Notes: a model not told the origin generated them from the letters alone. A stretch of DNA of 64,000 bases from Ginglymostoma cirratum (GCA_024137785.1 JAHRHZ010000278.1:1016848-1080847), one strand, 5' to 3'; counted from the stretch's first letter, positions 12,921 through 25,321 are shown. A program made the numbers and translations.

Positions 12921-14092
12921 GTGGGGTGTGGGTGCCAACTAGGGGCTAGTTACTGGAAGTGGTATAAGCTGTATTGCTGTTCCTGTTTCACATGGTCTTG
13001 TATTTAATTGACGTGGAATCAATGTGAAATTTTCAACCTCTCCTCCCCCACTACCATTGTGGCATGATTGCCATTAGTGCTGGCAAATTATCGAGGTGTT
13101 TATTCATCTGAGCTTCAAAGGAGCTAATCTGTAGATACGATTTGCATACCTAAAGTGTATTTGGACCCAGTAAAACTGTGGGTGTCCAATCTTTGTGAAC
13201 AGGATCCAGCTGCATGTACTGACTCACTCCCAGAAACCGGTTCGGGTCCTGAACATTAATGAAACAGAATTTGCGTGAAACGTAGCATTATCATTGCAGA
13301 AGTCATAAAACAATAGAAATAATAGGCTGGGTTTTACACAGGCTGATGGCAGCACTCCCAGCAACCGGCAGTGGGATGTCATTTGGGCTCATTAACAAGT
13401 CAATTGACACCCATTATCCCTGAGCCCACTATTGTATGGGCCATGCCAGCTCACTACACTGTATCAGCTGCTGAAGATTGCTGCCACCAGTCTTTTTTTA
13501 AGTGTAGGGCCTGATTGCCTTAGTGTGGTTGAGCTAAGCCACTTCCAGGTCTAACTGGAAGCGTATCTAGTAGTGAAGATTTAGCTGTTGCAACCAGTCA
13601 CAGGATACACAGATATGATAGACATTGTTACAGAGTCTTTAAGGAGGACCAGCTATTAGGTTTCACTCCTCTTAGATTGTGTACTGTTCTGCCCACCAGT
13701 CCATATGACATTATCATGCCACTGGGGCACTAATGAAACACTTGAGTATTAACCCTTCCAGACCCATATACAACTTCCCATTGCACAGCCACTGTTCCCA
13801 TTAGCATTGATGGGATGTGGAGCTGACTGGCTGTCTGCTTTCATCAGGTGGGATTTCCACTGCTGTGGACATCATTGGGAAAGGTCCATCAGTGGGACAG
13901 TTAAGCACCTGAAGGGTACTTGATTCCTTCAGATCTCCCCCACCAAACTGTCGCAGCTTCCTGTCTGTTCTTTGACCACTAGGTTAGACCACTTCTGGCC
14001 CAACAAAATCCATTGATAAATGCAGGAATCTAATGACCTTGAAGTCTCCTTCTATCCTTTCCCAAGGCCCTAGACTGAAATAACTTCATTTT

Positions 14093-14292
14093 TAATAGTC
14101 CTGGTCTCAGAAGACCATGTTCTCATTAGGGAAAGACAACCACTGGTGGTGAATTCAACTTGAGGTGACGGGCAAGATTGAGAAGGCACAACCTTTGTGC
14201 CAAACACAGCCCTTGTGGGAACTGAACCTGTGCTATTGGTGTCACTCTGCATTGCAAACCAGAGGACCAGCCAACTGAGTTAACTGACCGCC
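14093..14292 (-). mobile_element. tRNA-derived SINE of a second family
   Basis: Minus strand GGTCAGTTAACTCAGTTGGCTGG (A-box-like)...GGTTCAGTTCCC (B-box-like), followed by a short body. Confidence 0.6.
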
Positions 14293-15164
14293 ACCCCCAA
14301 TTTTAAAACCTTTTAAATTTATTGTTTGCTGCAGCACTGAGGTCGGGCTGTTTTTGTTTTCTTTATCTGGTTGCATTGTTAGTTTGATGCAGCAGTATCT
14401 ATCGGAGCAATCTGTGATGGTAAATTCCTGTTATGAGCTGTTCTTTCATCGTGTAAGGACAGATCCTGAAGGGAGGAGAGAGAGGAAACATGGAGCATGT
14501 TCAGGTTCTTCTAAATGATGGATTTGCTCAAGTTTCTCCTTGAAATGTATTCGTACAATACAGCAATTGACCCTTCTCCATTCCTTTAAACTGTTAGAGA
14601 GTTTAAGACAAACATCTGCAAAATCTATTGTCTCCTACTGCTTCACAAAATTCAGTTTTGAATATTATGTAACTGCACTGTCAGGGAAAACTGGTCTTTA
14701 ATCTAGGCAGCGTTTACCAAGAGTGGGGAGAATGATAAATAAGCATAAGAGAAGTTTATGATTAGTTGCTTTAGTGCTGGCCAAAGAAATCCTGTGCTCG
14801 GAAATTGATGCATTACTGAATTACCTTAATCTGGGTGGACAGTCAAGAAATTTAGACAAGAAACTGATTCCATTAAGTTTTGTCCCATCCTGGCCTTATT
14901 ACATGTGTCTCTGAAGGTGGGAAGAGATATTCTTTTCACCCCTGTCTGTTTGTAAACTTTATGTCTCAAGAACCAACGAAACATACACACTTACAGATAT
15001 ATACAGATGCATGTATACAGTATGTGGCCCAAGGAAGAGTTGTGTGTTTTTTTTCAGTGAACATCAGGTTTGTATCCAGATCCTGGATTTTCAAACCATC
15101 CAGTAACATTAGGAGAAAAAGCAAATTGGCTTTTTCATTTTAGTGGGTTCTTGCTTTTACAATG

Positions 15165-15789
15165 AGACAAAGGAACTGCAGATGCTGGAATCTAAGGTAG
15201 ACAAACAGGAGGCTGGAAGAACACAGCAAGCCAGGCAGCATCTGGAGGAAAGGAGAAATCAACTTTTCGGGTATAACGCTTCTTCAGAGCTTATAAGGCT
15301 TAGAAAGGGTGGATGCTGGGAAGTTGTTTCCGTTAGGTGGGGATACTAGGACCCGTGGGCACAGCCTTAGAATTAGAGGGGGTCGATTTTAGAACGGAAA
15401 TGAGGAGACATTTCTTCAGCCAGAGAGTGGTGGGCCTGTGGAATTCATTGCCACGGAGCGCAGTGGAGGCCGGGACGTTAAATGTCTTCAAGGCAGAGAT
15501 TGATAAATTCTTGATCTCGCAAGGAATCAAGGGCTACGGGGAGAGTGCGGGTAAGTGGAGTTGAAATGCCCATCAGCCATGATTGAATGGCAGAGTGGAC
15601 TTGATGGGCCGAATGGCCTTACTTCCACTCCTATGTCTTATGGTCTTATGGAAAGGAGCAGTCAACATTTCGAGTATTACCTTTCTTCAGGGCTCTGAAG
15701 AAGCGTTATATCCGAAAAGTTGATTTCTCCTTTCCTCCAGATGCTGCCTGGCTTGCTGTGTTCTTCCAGCCTCCTGTTTGTTTCTTTTG
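15165..15789. mobile_element. Composite insertion: inverted Penelope-like arms enclosing a CR1 3' fragment
   Basis: Arm ~15200-15290 is a near-perfect reverse complement of ~15692-15782. Direct repeat TTTTACAATG at 15155-15164 and 15790-15799. Confidence 0.85.
15291..15650 (+). mobile_element. Young CR1-clade LINE 3' fragment
   Basis: ORF 15337..15564 FRTEMRRHFFSQRVVGLWNSLPRSAVEAGTLNVFKAEIDKFL. Tail CTATGTCTTATGGTCTTATG. Many CpGs retained. Confidence 0.92.
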
Positions 15790-17017
15790 TTTTACAATGT
15801 TGTGTCTCGGCTATTGTGATGCAATTTGTCATGGCAGTCAAAATGTTAACAGATTTTTCAGAGCAGATTGTTGAATGTGGTTTGGTCTGAAGCCGTTCAG
15901 TGAGATGGAAGCTCTTGATAAAGTTGTTTGTTTTCTCAATTTTGTAGCATAGAACATGAAACCAGTAGGAAAATCCCTCGGAGAGGAACTGTGTAATTAT
16001 AACATTGGCTTGAAGGAAATATGCATTCTTACGGTGTCCCTCTCTGCTTGTCCAGTACTAATTCTTCCACCCAGCTCCCTTTTATTGATCACATTTTGGG
16101 AATGGGATTCCCAGGGTTCCCTACCAGATCTGCTTAACAGTGCCTTGGACCAGATCCATTGGCAGATAAACAACACAAATAAGATTGACCAATTCCAAAT
16201 TCCAGCAACTATCTGAGATTGATTGTGATGAGAACAGGAAAGGTCTGGCGCAGAAGCAGGTAACCTTTAGTTACGTAGGGAGTCGCTGTTGAAGCAGAGG
16301 GATAAAGCAAGTAAAAGGCATTGGCTAGCTGAAAAAAAAACAGGTTGTCAAGTAATAATATATAAAAACAGGATGAAAGCAGCTGTCATTGACCTAACTA
16401 ACCACAGCACTGGTTAATGCTAGATCTGGATAAGGAAGATGGTTAACGTAGATCAATGTCATACATGTATGATTTTAATGATGAACAAGTTAAGATGTTG
16501 CCATCTGCAGACAAGCTCATGTTTAATAGAATAAAGTTCTAGGATAAGCTCAAGCGAAAGCAAGCTCCAGCAACCTTGAGATGATCCATGATCTGGGGCC
16601 TATCAGTTTACGTCAATTTTAAACTGAGGCTAGCACATGATGCTAGATGTTTATTATATCCTGCTGACGGAATAGGCATGTTATAGTAGAAGCATAAATG
16701 TAAAAAGCAGTGTATCTTTGAGGGAGACTTCTGATCAGGAACTAACTGGGTGGACGGTGCCAATGAATCTACCTGACCCCCAGCTCACAGCCCTACACAG
16801 AGAGATACGGCTGTGGGCTGAGGTCTATATTAATCTGCCAAAAGATCTGAAGCAGGGGATCAGGATGGCATATGTACCCTTCCTGGCACCTACCGATCAA
16901 ATCCCATCCTATGCCCCTAGAAAATATGTAATGTGGGCAGCTTACCCACCTATCATCCTGTTGAGCTTCAAAAGTGAACATTTTTTAATAGCCGTTGTAC
17001 CCAAGGTAAGGGGAGGC

Positions 17018-17385
17018 TCATAAGTCCCTACAGTGTGGGAACAGGCCATTCAGCCCATCAAGTCCATGCCGCTTCTTCGAAGAGTATCATATCCAGACTC
17101 TGCCCTCGCCTCCTCCCAACAACCCCCAATGCCTTTAACCCTGCATTCCCCATCCACCTAACCTGCACATCTTTGGACTGTGGCAGGAAACTGATGCAGA
17201 TGCAAGGAGAACGTGCAAACTCCATCCAGACAGTAACCTGAGGGTGGAATTGGGTTCGATTCCAGCCTCGGGTGACTGTCTGTGTAGAGTTTGCACATTC
17301 TCCCCATGTCTGCGTGAGTTTCCTCTGGGTACTCCAGTTTTCGCCCACTGTCCAAGACTGTGTGGGTTAGGGTGGATTGGCCGTG
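17018..17385. mobile_element. Two partial HE1-type SINEs fused in opposite orientation
   Basis: Minus copy ~17018-17250 abuts plus copy ~17251-17385, which starts at the B box GGGTTCGATTCC. Confidence 0.85.
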
Positions 17386-17974
17386 GGGAAATTTGACAAT
17401 AGCGCCCGGGGATATGCATGCTCACGCCAAGCAGCTATCCAGGAGGCTTTAGCTGCAAGAGCTGATATCAGACATGGTCAGATCCGGGGCAGAACTAGGG
17501 TCAGCCAGGCTGACAGCAGTGGAAGGTGTCCCTCTCACACCTTGATATCAGCTAAAAAGACATTCTCCGCCGGGTCTAGCTGTACCCCCTAAGCATACCT
17601 GGCACTGCCATTTGGGGCTGCTGTCTGAAACAGGAGCTTCTGGTCCTTTTGAGAATTGGAAATCCTTCCTGCAGCCAACGACAACCATTCATCTTATGGG
17701 TGAACTCTGCACCTGTCCTCTCTTGGGAGGACAGGGACACCAATGCCCTGAAAAATTGTACAAGGCAGGCACTCCCAATAGCCCCATTATTGGTGTTGAT
17801 ATCCCATCCTGCTGCTCAAATTATCTTGTCCCAAGGGCAACGGGTCAGATTGATGGCAGGCATGAAGGGGAGTTCCAACCCAGCCTTACCTCTGCCATTG
17901 GAGCAGCGAGAAAATGAGCTAAGCTTTGTTTTTTTTTTTCGTATTGAGTCCTTCCTTTCCAAGTAACAAAGCTG

Positions 17975-18100
17975 AAACAAGCACAGAAATTGCTGGAGAA
18001 ATCTCAGCAGGTCTGGCGAGAAAGCAGAGTGAAACGTTTTTGAGTCTAGTGACCCTTCTTTAGATCTGATGGTAGCTAGGAAAAGGTTGGTATGTATGCT
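17975..18100 (-). mobile_element. Penelope-like fragment, degenerate ribozyme core
   Basis: ACAGAAATTGCTGGAGAAATCTCAGCAGGTCTGGC...AACGTTT...GTGACCCTTC. Confidence 0.75.
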
Positions 18101-19794
18101 CAGTCCCCCTACCCTCTCTCTAGCATATAAAAAAACTGTTGGAGAACCTTTTTATTAGGACCAGGGTGCGCAATCATTTTCGCAGATTAAAAGAAATGCT
18201 AACACAGACCACTTGGGCCGGACGATTGATTTCTGTGTCAGATATTCACATCATGTAAGTTAGAAAGGGATGGTTTAACTCAGTATCTTTCATTCTCCTT
18301 TAGAAGGTGCACAATGATAAAGTCACTTTACCAGTGTTTAGCTCAATGATGATACTTCAGGTTTGTGTGAGCACGTGAAATGGCCTTGAAGGGTCTTATC
18401 GAGCCCTGATCTCCTAGCTCTTGATATAAGAATGTGTTTCCCAACAAGGCTCACTGGACAGTGATCAGGACAATTAAATTAAGAAAAGAAATCAGGCTGT
18501 TCTAGCACAGTGGTGGAGTCCCTAACTCTAGGTTGGAAAACCTTAACATTTTTGTAACAGTCAATTTTTAAAAAGAAAATACTGTAAAAACAGCTTTCTG
18601 AATTGATATTCTCTTAGAAAACAATCTCAACTATAATTGGCACAAGCCGTGAATGAAACCTTGGACCTTTTTCAGCTTTCATTGGCTTAAAACCCACTTT
18701 GTGTGCTGTACATACAACTGCTGCAGTACTGACAGTCATTTTCAGACTAATCAGAGGTTATATCATCACACATTTCTGTTTGCAAGCAGTGAATTAAATC
18801 ACTTTCGAAGGTAATGATGTCCCTTTATGAAAATATAACTGTGAATTTTAGAGAGATTTTGTCGAGAAATGTTTGTGTGGAGTGAGATTTGAGGAATAAT
18901 CTGCACTTGGCTAGCTATCACGAAGTTATTATAGCTGTGTACGTTGGAATGGCTGCGGACTCTCTGTGTCACTTCATTATTCTTTGCTTCCTTTTTATAA
19001 TCTGTTCGTTTGTACAATGGGATTCTTGCGGGATTAGGTAATGGGCTCCCAACCCCAGCCGAATGTTGCTTTTGTGACAAGAATGATGTGGCCCATTTAA
19101 CCTCCTGAGGTGCCTGTGGGGGTGTATCGTTAGTGTGTCTGTCCAAGGGCAGCTTAATCTGACTCCACTTTCAACCATTGATATGTCTATGGTCCTAGCA
19201 TTCAAGGAATCTAGCTTTTGAAGAAAGCACTGTGCTGGAAAAGGGTGGATGATAGGAATTGTGAAGGAAACACTACTGGTATCACCAGACTGCCAGAAGG
19301 AGATTTCTGTGTAAACTCTGAGGATATAGTGGGTTGTGCAGTTTGTTTCCACAAGTAATATGGATACCTGGTGCAGGTCAAGGGAGCAGCGTGATAAATG
19401 TCGATGGAAAAGAGATGGATGAGTGTGAAGGGACCAATTCAGGGCTTGACTTTTTGTCCTCACTGGGCCCAGGGTTGTAGATGGCTGGCACCTAATAATA
19501 GACTCAGCAGCTGGTGGGCAGGTTTGCCAACTCTGCTCCACGGCCTGTTTTTACAGAAATGGGATGTAGGGCTGGCAGGTAATGCATCTGCAGGAGGCCC
19601 ATCTGAATGATTTTAAGAATCTTCAGGCCATTTAGACAAGACCTTTCAATTCTAAAGCACGTCCTGCTGACCTTAATTAGACGGTGAGTCTACCCTTTCC
19701 AGCTATCAGTTGGACACTGGGGACAAATGCCGCTCCCCCATAGTGCAGACTCCTGATGATGAGATCCTGAAGCCCCCAGGGAAAATACAGCTTC

Positions 19795-20222
19795 AGTTAC
19801 AAGGAGAGGCTGAATAGGCTGGGACGTTTTTCACTGCAGTGTAGGATGTCGAGGGGTGACCTTTATAGAGGTTTATAAATCATGAAGGGCATAGATAAGG
19901 TTGAATAGCAAAGGCCTTTCCCTAGGGTAGGGGGTCCAAAATTAGGGGGCATATTTTTAAGGTGAGAGTAGCAAAATTTAAAAGGGACGTGAGGGGCAAC
20001 TTTTTCACACAGAGGGTGGTTTGTGTGTGGAATGAACTGCCAGAGGAAGTGGTAGATGCGGGCATAGTTACAAGATTTAAAAGACATTTTGGACAGGTAC
20101 ACAAATAAGAAGGGTTTAGAGGGACATGGGACAAATGCAGGTGAGTGGGACGAGATTAGTTTCGGAAACTTGCTTGGCATGGACGAGTGGGACTGAAGGT
20201 ATGTTCCCGTGCTGTATGACTG
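19795..20222 (+). mobile_element. CR1/HER1-type LINE 3' fragment
   Basis: Encodes YKERLNRLGRFSL...RGDL...FFTQRVVCVWNELPEEVVDAG. The 3' UTR ends GCTGTATGACT. Confidence 0.9.
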
Positions 20223-20271
20223 AGGGTAGACTAGGTGATTGAAGAAGTTACTGAGGGAGTCCTTGTACAAA

Positions 20272-20482
20272 AACATAGAAGTTAGGAGCAGGAGAGGCCA
20301 TTTGGAGCCTTTCGGACCTACTCAATTAATATGATCATGGCTGACTATCCAAATCTATCTCCTGTTCCTGCTTCATCTCTTCAGCCCTAAGAGCTATATC
20401 TAACTCCTTCTTGAAAACATTTAGTGTTTTGGCTTTAACCACTTTCTGTGGTAGAGAGATCCAAAGGCTCACCACACTCTGC
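20272..20482 (-). mobile_element. CR1-clade LINE 3' end
   Basis: AACATAGAAGTTAGGAGCAGGAGAGGCCATT...GATCATGGCTGA is an antisense CR1 tail. Confidence 0.75.
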
Positions 20483-20689
20483 AATGGGCAGGTAAGGTCA
20501 CGTTTTAGGAGCGGAGTGAAAAGTTATGAGTCTTTGGCGAGGTGAAACAAAGTCGAGCACAAGTCATTCATCAGGTTATTTGAGCTGAAATTAATGAATA
20601 TATTGAAGCTCAATCAGAAATCAATAATACAGTTGTTGTTTGACTAATGCAATTGTAACCCTTGGCTGTAAGTCAAACATTGGTTACAG

Positions 20690-21370
20690 CCACCCTCCTG
20701 CTTGCTTCTCCTTCAAGATTTCATACGATTCTATCCTTTCCATCTCCTTTACAATCTTCATTAACTACTTTGCTCCAAGCTTGACCTAGATTTTTCCAAG
20801 ATATCCTTTATCCCTACATCCCGTAACCTTCAAAATAATTGGTGATGCTGTCCTTGAATGAGAATCAAGCCTTGATCTCAACTCCTTTTGCACCCCCTCT
20901 GAATTTATTGGTGAACTTTTCTTTCCCTGACTCACCGCTATACCGTGACCTCAATCAGTTTTAAGAAAAGCCTTTTCTAGCCGTTTCTTTGTATCCCACA
21001 CTACCCATAGCTCTCTACCCCTTCTCAAACCTTTTTGTGTTCCACCCTAGAGAAACGGTTGCTCCCATGAAATCTGCCTTCTTCTCCTTTAAAATCTGTG
21101 CTAGTTAACCCTCAGTCCTTTGTTCATCGTAACAACTGTAAAGCTGGTGATTTGTCAACCACTCCTGAGATATCCTTGTTCTAAGTGAAGCCTCAACACT
21201 TTCCAAGCTCAGTCTTTCCCCTCCTATGGCTCGCATCTTCTCTTCCTTGCATCCAAGTGGCTTTGCCAAAGATAACTTTCAATATCTTCACTTCACTCAA
21301 CATTTCAACAATTCTGTTTAGCTCCCAGCTTACAAAAGGTTCCGTGCTCGTCGATATTTTTCACCACTGA
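20690..21370 (+). mobile_element. Highly decayed L2-like LINE remnant
   Basis: Pyrimidine-rich. Faint LKK...PI..LPFS-like RT motif around 20960-21030. Confidence 0.35.
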
Positions 21371-22021
21371 ATAAGAAGCATCCAGTTGCCACATTTTGAA
21401 GCCCACCTGATTGTACTTCGGCCCCACGTCATGATGGGAGAATTGGTCACCTGAGCAGGGGATTAATGCCAAAGGAAGGTTGGCATCTGGGAGATTTGCT
21501 GACCAGGTATCAGAGAGAGGTGGCAGGCAACATTCCCTATTAGCTACACCTGTACACCTCCACATGACCACTCACAAGTTGCACTTAGAAGATGTTGTGC
21601 ATAAAAATGTGCAGTCCACAAACAACAAAAAAATGTTTTGAAAGGCCTTTGCTGACTGTCTAAGAAACAAACGGTGAATGAGGATGTTGGGAATTAATTG
21701 TATTGAGTGGGATTGGCGGCCAAATCTGAGTGAGTGTGGTCTGCCACTGTGTTAGTTGCACTGATCTTCAGTTAACAGAACTATTTTTCGTGGAGTAGTG
21801 GAAATAGGTAGTTTACAGGTTATTTTTAGCACCTTAGAAGAAGTGTGTGGGTGGCTGAGAGCTGTGTAATCTCCTGCATCTGTATAATTCTATGGTGAGT
21901 GATGTTTTACAGCATATACAGTTTAGACATGACCCCTTGACAGCAGCTTATGATAACTACCTGTCACTTTCAGAATGGAATGAGACAGACTTCTCCAGTT
22001 ACCAAGATTGTTTGGTTAGCT

Positions 22022-22100
22022 TAGAATCCCTACAATCCTGTGGAAACAGGCCCTTCAGCCCAACAAGCCCACACCGACCCTCAGAGCATCCCACCCAGAC
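22022..22100 (-). mobile_element. HE1-type SINE tail fragment
   Basis: TAGAATCCCTACA...GGAAACAGGCCCTTCAGCCCAAC...AGCATCCCACCCAGAC. Confidence 0.8.
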
Positions 22101-22147
22101 TCGTATATCTATAATTCTTTAAAGTTCCACTTCCTGATTTCATTTAC

Positions 22148-22245
22148 AACCAAAACAGAAATTGCTGGAAAAGCTCAGCAGGTCTGGCAGCAAATGTGGA
22201 GAGAAATCAAAGTTAACATTTCTGGTCCGGTGACCCTTCCTCAGA
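22148..22245 (-). mobile_element. Penelope-like fragment with degenerate hammerhead core
   Basis: Minus strand TTCTGAGGAAGGGTCACCGGACCAGAAATGTTAAC...GCTGCCAGACCTGCTGAGC. Confidence 0.8.
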
Positions 22246-22248
22246 ATA

Positions 22249-22751
22249 TATCTCGCACCTCTTTGAAACTGACCGGTGTTCAGAGTTTTTTTAAAAATTA
22301 TATTGTGATTATGGAACAGTGGTTTCTAATTGGATAAGCTGGTCCTGGTCTCAATATTTTCTGAAGCTGTCTCTGGGCATTTTGTTAGTACTGGAATCAA
22401 TGGGTTTTTTTTTGTTTTTTTTTCTGTTCACAAACATCTGAAGTACAATGAGGAGATGCCTCCTCCCCATGCAATGATTAATGTTCCCATTAAAATCCAT
22501 GGAGGGAGTTAACCCACATACAGAGCAGAACAAATGAAATCAGGGATAAAAATTGAAAGAACTGTGGATGCTGGAGATCAGAAACAAAAACAGAAATTGC
22601 TGGAAAAGCTCAGCAGGTCTGGCAGCCTCTGTAGAGAGAAAATCAGAAAATGTTGAGACCAGGACCAGCTTATCCAATTAAAGGCCATTTTTCCATAATT
22701 ATAGTATATATTTTTTTAAAACTCCAAAAACAGTTTCAAAGAGGTGTGAGA
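22249..22751. repeat. ~110 bp inverted duplication (22249-22363 vs 22643-22751)
   Basis: CACCTCTTTGAAACTG...TAATTGGATAAGCTGGTCCTGGTCTCAATATTTTCTGA reappears as its reverse complement TCAGAAAATGTTGAGACCAGGACCAGCTTATCCAATTA...CAGTTTCAAAGAGGTG. Confidence 0.9.
22546..22650 (-). mobile_element. Penelope-like terminal fragment
   Basis: GAACTGTGGATGCTGGAGATCAGAAACAAAAACAGAAATTGCTGGAAAAGCTCAGCAGGTCTGGCAGC. Confidence 0.8.
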
Positions 22752-22879
22752 TCTGTTTTGTTTCTATGGAATATTTGACACAGGAATCTCATTATATATA
22801 CTCTCCTCCTCCAAAATATGCAAGTGTGGCAAATGTCTCGGAGATTACTTTTGTGATTTATATGACTTTTTAAAAAAAA

Positions 22880-23042
22880 AACTCATGAGACATGTACGTT
22901 GCTGGCTGGTCAGCATTTATTGCCCGTCCCTAGTTTGCCCCCTTGAGAAGGTGGGGGTGAGCTGCCTTCTTGAACTGCTGCAGCCCATGTGCTGTAGGTA
23001 GACCCACAGTGCCATTAGGGAGAGAATTCCAGGATATTGACA
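22880..23042 (-). mobile_element. LINE 3' end (CR1/L2 group)
   Basis: ORF 22930..23124 ends ISWNSLPNGTVGLPTAHGLQQFKKAAHPHLLKG. Same family as 40570-40755. Confidence 0.75.
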
Positions 23043-23204
23043 CAACAACATTTACCAGGAGGGAGGGAGTGGGGGGAGCATCAGGTGGTAAGCAGTTTTG
23101 TATTGAGAAAACCCAGAAGGACACCTCAATTTAACCTCTGCCAAATGTATCAACCGATGTGATTAACATTTTTTTTGTACATATTTCTTATGTGCAGTCA
23201 GATT

Positions 23205-23430
23205 GAAAGAGGAATGATAGCCCTTTGGCACAAGGCGACAGCCACAGAGAGGGAGGATTGGAATAGCTAGGGGACGAGAGAGAGATTTAAAGGGCTGTGA
23301 GCACAGGAACCTGAGGGGTGTGGAAGATCTGAGGGTGAAGACAGGGATGCAGAGTGAAAATCTGAAAGGCCAGGTAGAATGGGGTGTTGGATTGGAGATT
23401 TGATCAATGCTGAGAGTATGACTGTAATAG
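23205..23430 (-). mobile_element. Decayed L2-like LINE 3' region
   Basis: Purine-rich strand GAGAGAGATTTAAAGGG...TGGAAGATCTGAGGG, typical of an antisense L2 3' region. Confidence 0.35.
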
Positions 23431-23727
23431 CCAATAACATGAGAAGCTACATTTGGTTGGGTTGGTGGTAGCAGGAGGGTAAGTACCCAGCTTGGCCTGG
23501 CCCGCACACACTGCTGTGTGATGCTAACATTTTACCTCCTCAGTGCAGCAGTGTTCGACTCAGTGACTGAAATTCAGGTGGCCAGTGCCGAAGTTAACAG
23601 GCATTTAAAAGTGAGGCAAGCAGCCTCATTAAAAGACTTAATCAAGTGGCCTACTTCCTTCAGATGATGTGGTTGCTTACTTTCTGGACGATGTCAGTTG
23701 AAAGCAGAATGTTTATGGATTTGATAA

Positions 23728-23925
23728 TGATAACACAGTGTGGAGCTGGAGCAGCACAGCAGGCCAGGCAGCGTCAGAGGAGCAGGAAAGCTGACGTCTC
23801 AGGTTGGGACCCTTCTTCAGAAATTTCTGACTTTCCTGCTCCTCTGATGCTGCCTGGCCTGCTGTGTTCCTCCGGCTCCACGCTGTGTTACCTCAGACTC
23901 CAGCATCGGCAGTTCTTACTACCTC
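23728..23925. mobile_element. Palindromic Penelope-like mini-element with TSD
   Basis: The arms are reverse complements around 23820. Flanked by TGTTTATGGATTTGA (23710-23724) and TGTTAGTGGATTTGA (23926-23940). Confidence 0.85.
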
Positions 23926-25005
23926 TGTTAGTGGATTTGAGGCAGGTTGAGTTGATGTCTGGGACTTTTAGCTTTTAACATCCCATCTGATCCGACCCAT
24001 TCCATTTTTTTGATGTTAACATTTGCCTACAAATGCTGTCGTGCTGTCTCTTGCATTTGAATTCTATCAAGCATTGCCTCCAAGCCATTGAGCCACTAAT
24101 GCTGACATAACCATTACAGAGGTAGATCTGCAATGTAGCCAGACTTGCTAAGGCTGGAAATTAGGAACGATGGGTGACGAGCAGCATCCTCATGGCCAAG
24201 AAGTGTAAATGTGACAATTTTGCTGTAGGTATCCACTAGCTGCGTGGGATTGCATAGCAGAACCACGAGCCCCTACGTTTCACAACAGCAATAGGAAATT
24301 GTGACTCATGGCTTGTTTAACTTTTTATAATTTTTGCAGCAATAATGTCAATATTCAATTTGATTCTTACATATCACATTGTGCCCCTGCATCGTTGAGA
24401 GATATGACTCAGACCTTCACTGACCTAATTAGGTATTAATCTGTGGATGGCATATCTTTATTATGGAGTTTTCAATTAACCTCCAGAATCGTCATCCCCT
24501 GTATCATTACTATTCCACTAACTGATGCAGCCTTACAATTAACCTCCACAGGGAGGGCACAGTGACAACACTCTTATATTCAGCATGTGTAAAAATAAAC
24601 TGGACAGAAAACTTGTACAAAGCCAACAGACCAGAAAGGCTAGCCATTCTCAAGGTGTGAGAAAATCCTGACGATTAGCAAATTGAATAATTCCACCTAG
24701 ACAGAGTTGGCCAGTATTCACTTCAGCACTTGGAATCAGTATCGAATCCATCGGTTGCACATGGACTTGTTGAAAGGAAGAGAGAGTCTGCAGAAGTATA
24801 AGGATCTGACTCTTGCATTGTGCGTTCAGTAGGCTGTGTTTCCAGTGTAACATTTTGTCCTTCCCATTTGGAGAATCACCCAATATTTAACTTTAAAATA
24901 CAAACCGTAATCAGTTTGGAAATGTGCAGAACTAACTTCCTTTTAAAATGGACTCTGAAGTTCTGCTAAGATGGCTACTGAGGGTCAGGTGACGTTTACA
25001 ATTTC

Positions 25006-25321
25006 TGAGATAACCAGCATGGGGCTGGATGAACACAGCAGGACGAGCAGCATCATAGGAGCAGGAAAGCTTGACGTTTCGGGCCTAGACCCTTCATCAG
25101 AACTGGGGGAGGGGAAGAGGGTTCTGAAATAAATAGGGAGAGAGGGGAAGGCGGATAGAGGATGGATAGAGGAGAGGATAGGTGGAGAGGAGGCAGACGA
25201 GTCGAAGAGGCGGGGATGGAGCCAATAAAGGTGAGTGTAAGTGGGGGGGTAGGGAGGAGAAAGGTCAGTCCCACGCCTTGTTATCTCGGATTCTGCAGCA
25301 TCTGCAGTACCTTTTACCTCT
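25006..25321 (-). mobile_element. Penelope-like element end with intact hammerhead core and inverted tail
   Basis: Minus strand GTTCTGATGAAGGGTCTAGGCCCGAAACGTCAAGC at ~25068-25103. Pyrimidine-rich segment on the minus strand. Inverted tail CCTTGTTATCTCGGATTCT. Confidence 0.85.

Noticed and set aside
16226-16605. Possible solo LTR (TGATGAG...AATAAA...CCTATCA)
   Set aside because: The terminal inverted match is imperfect, with no TSD and no second copy in the window; not supportable by eye.
18969-19541. 190 aa minus-strand ORF
   Set aside because: No family resemblance and it begins at a non-ATG codon; treated as a chance ORF.
21830-21894. Exon-like segment with tttttAG acceptor and TG|GTGAGT donor, in phase with drebrin exon 2
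   Set aside because: The translation (HLRRSVWVAESCVISCICIIL) is unlike the drebrin N-terminus, and as a 65 nt cassette it would shift the frame.
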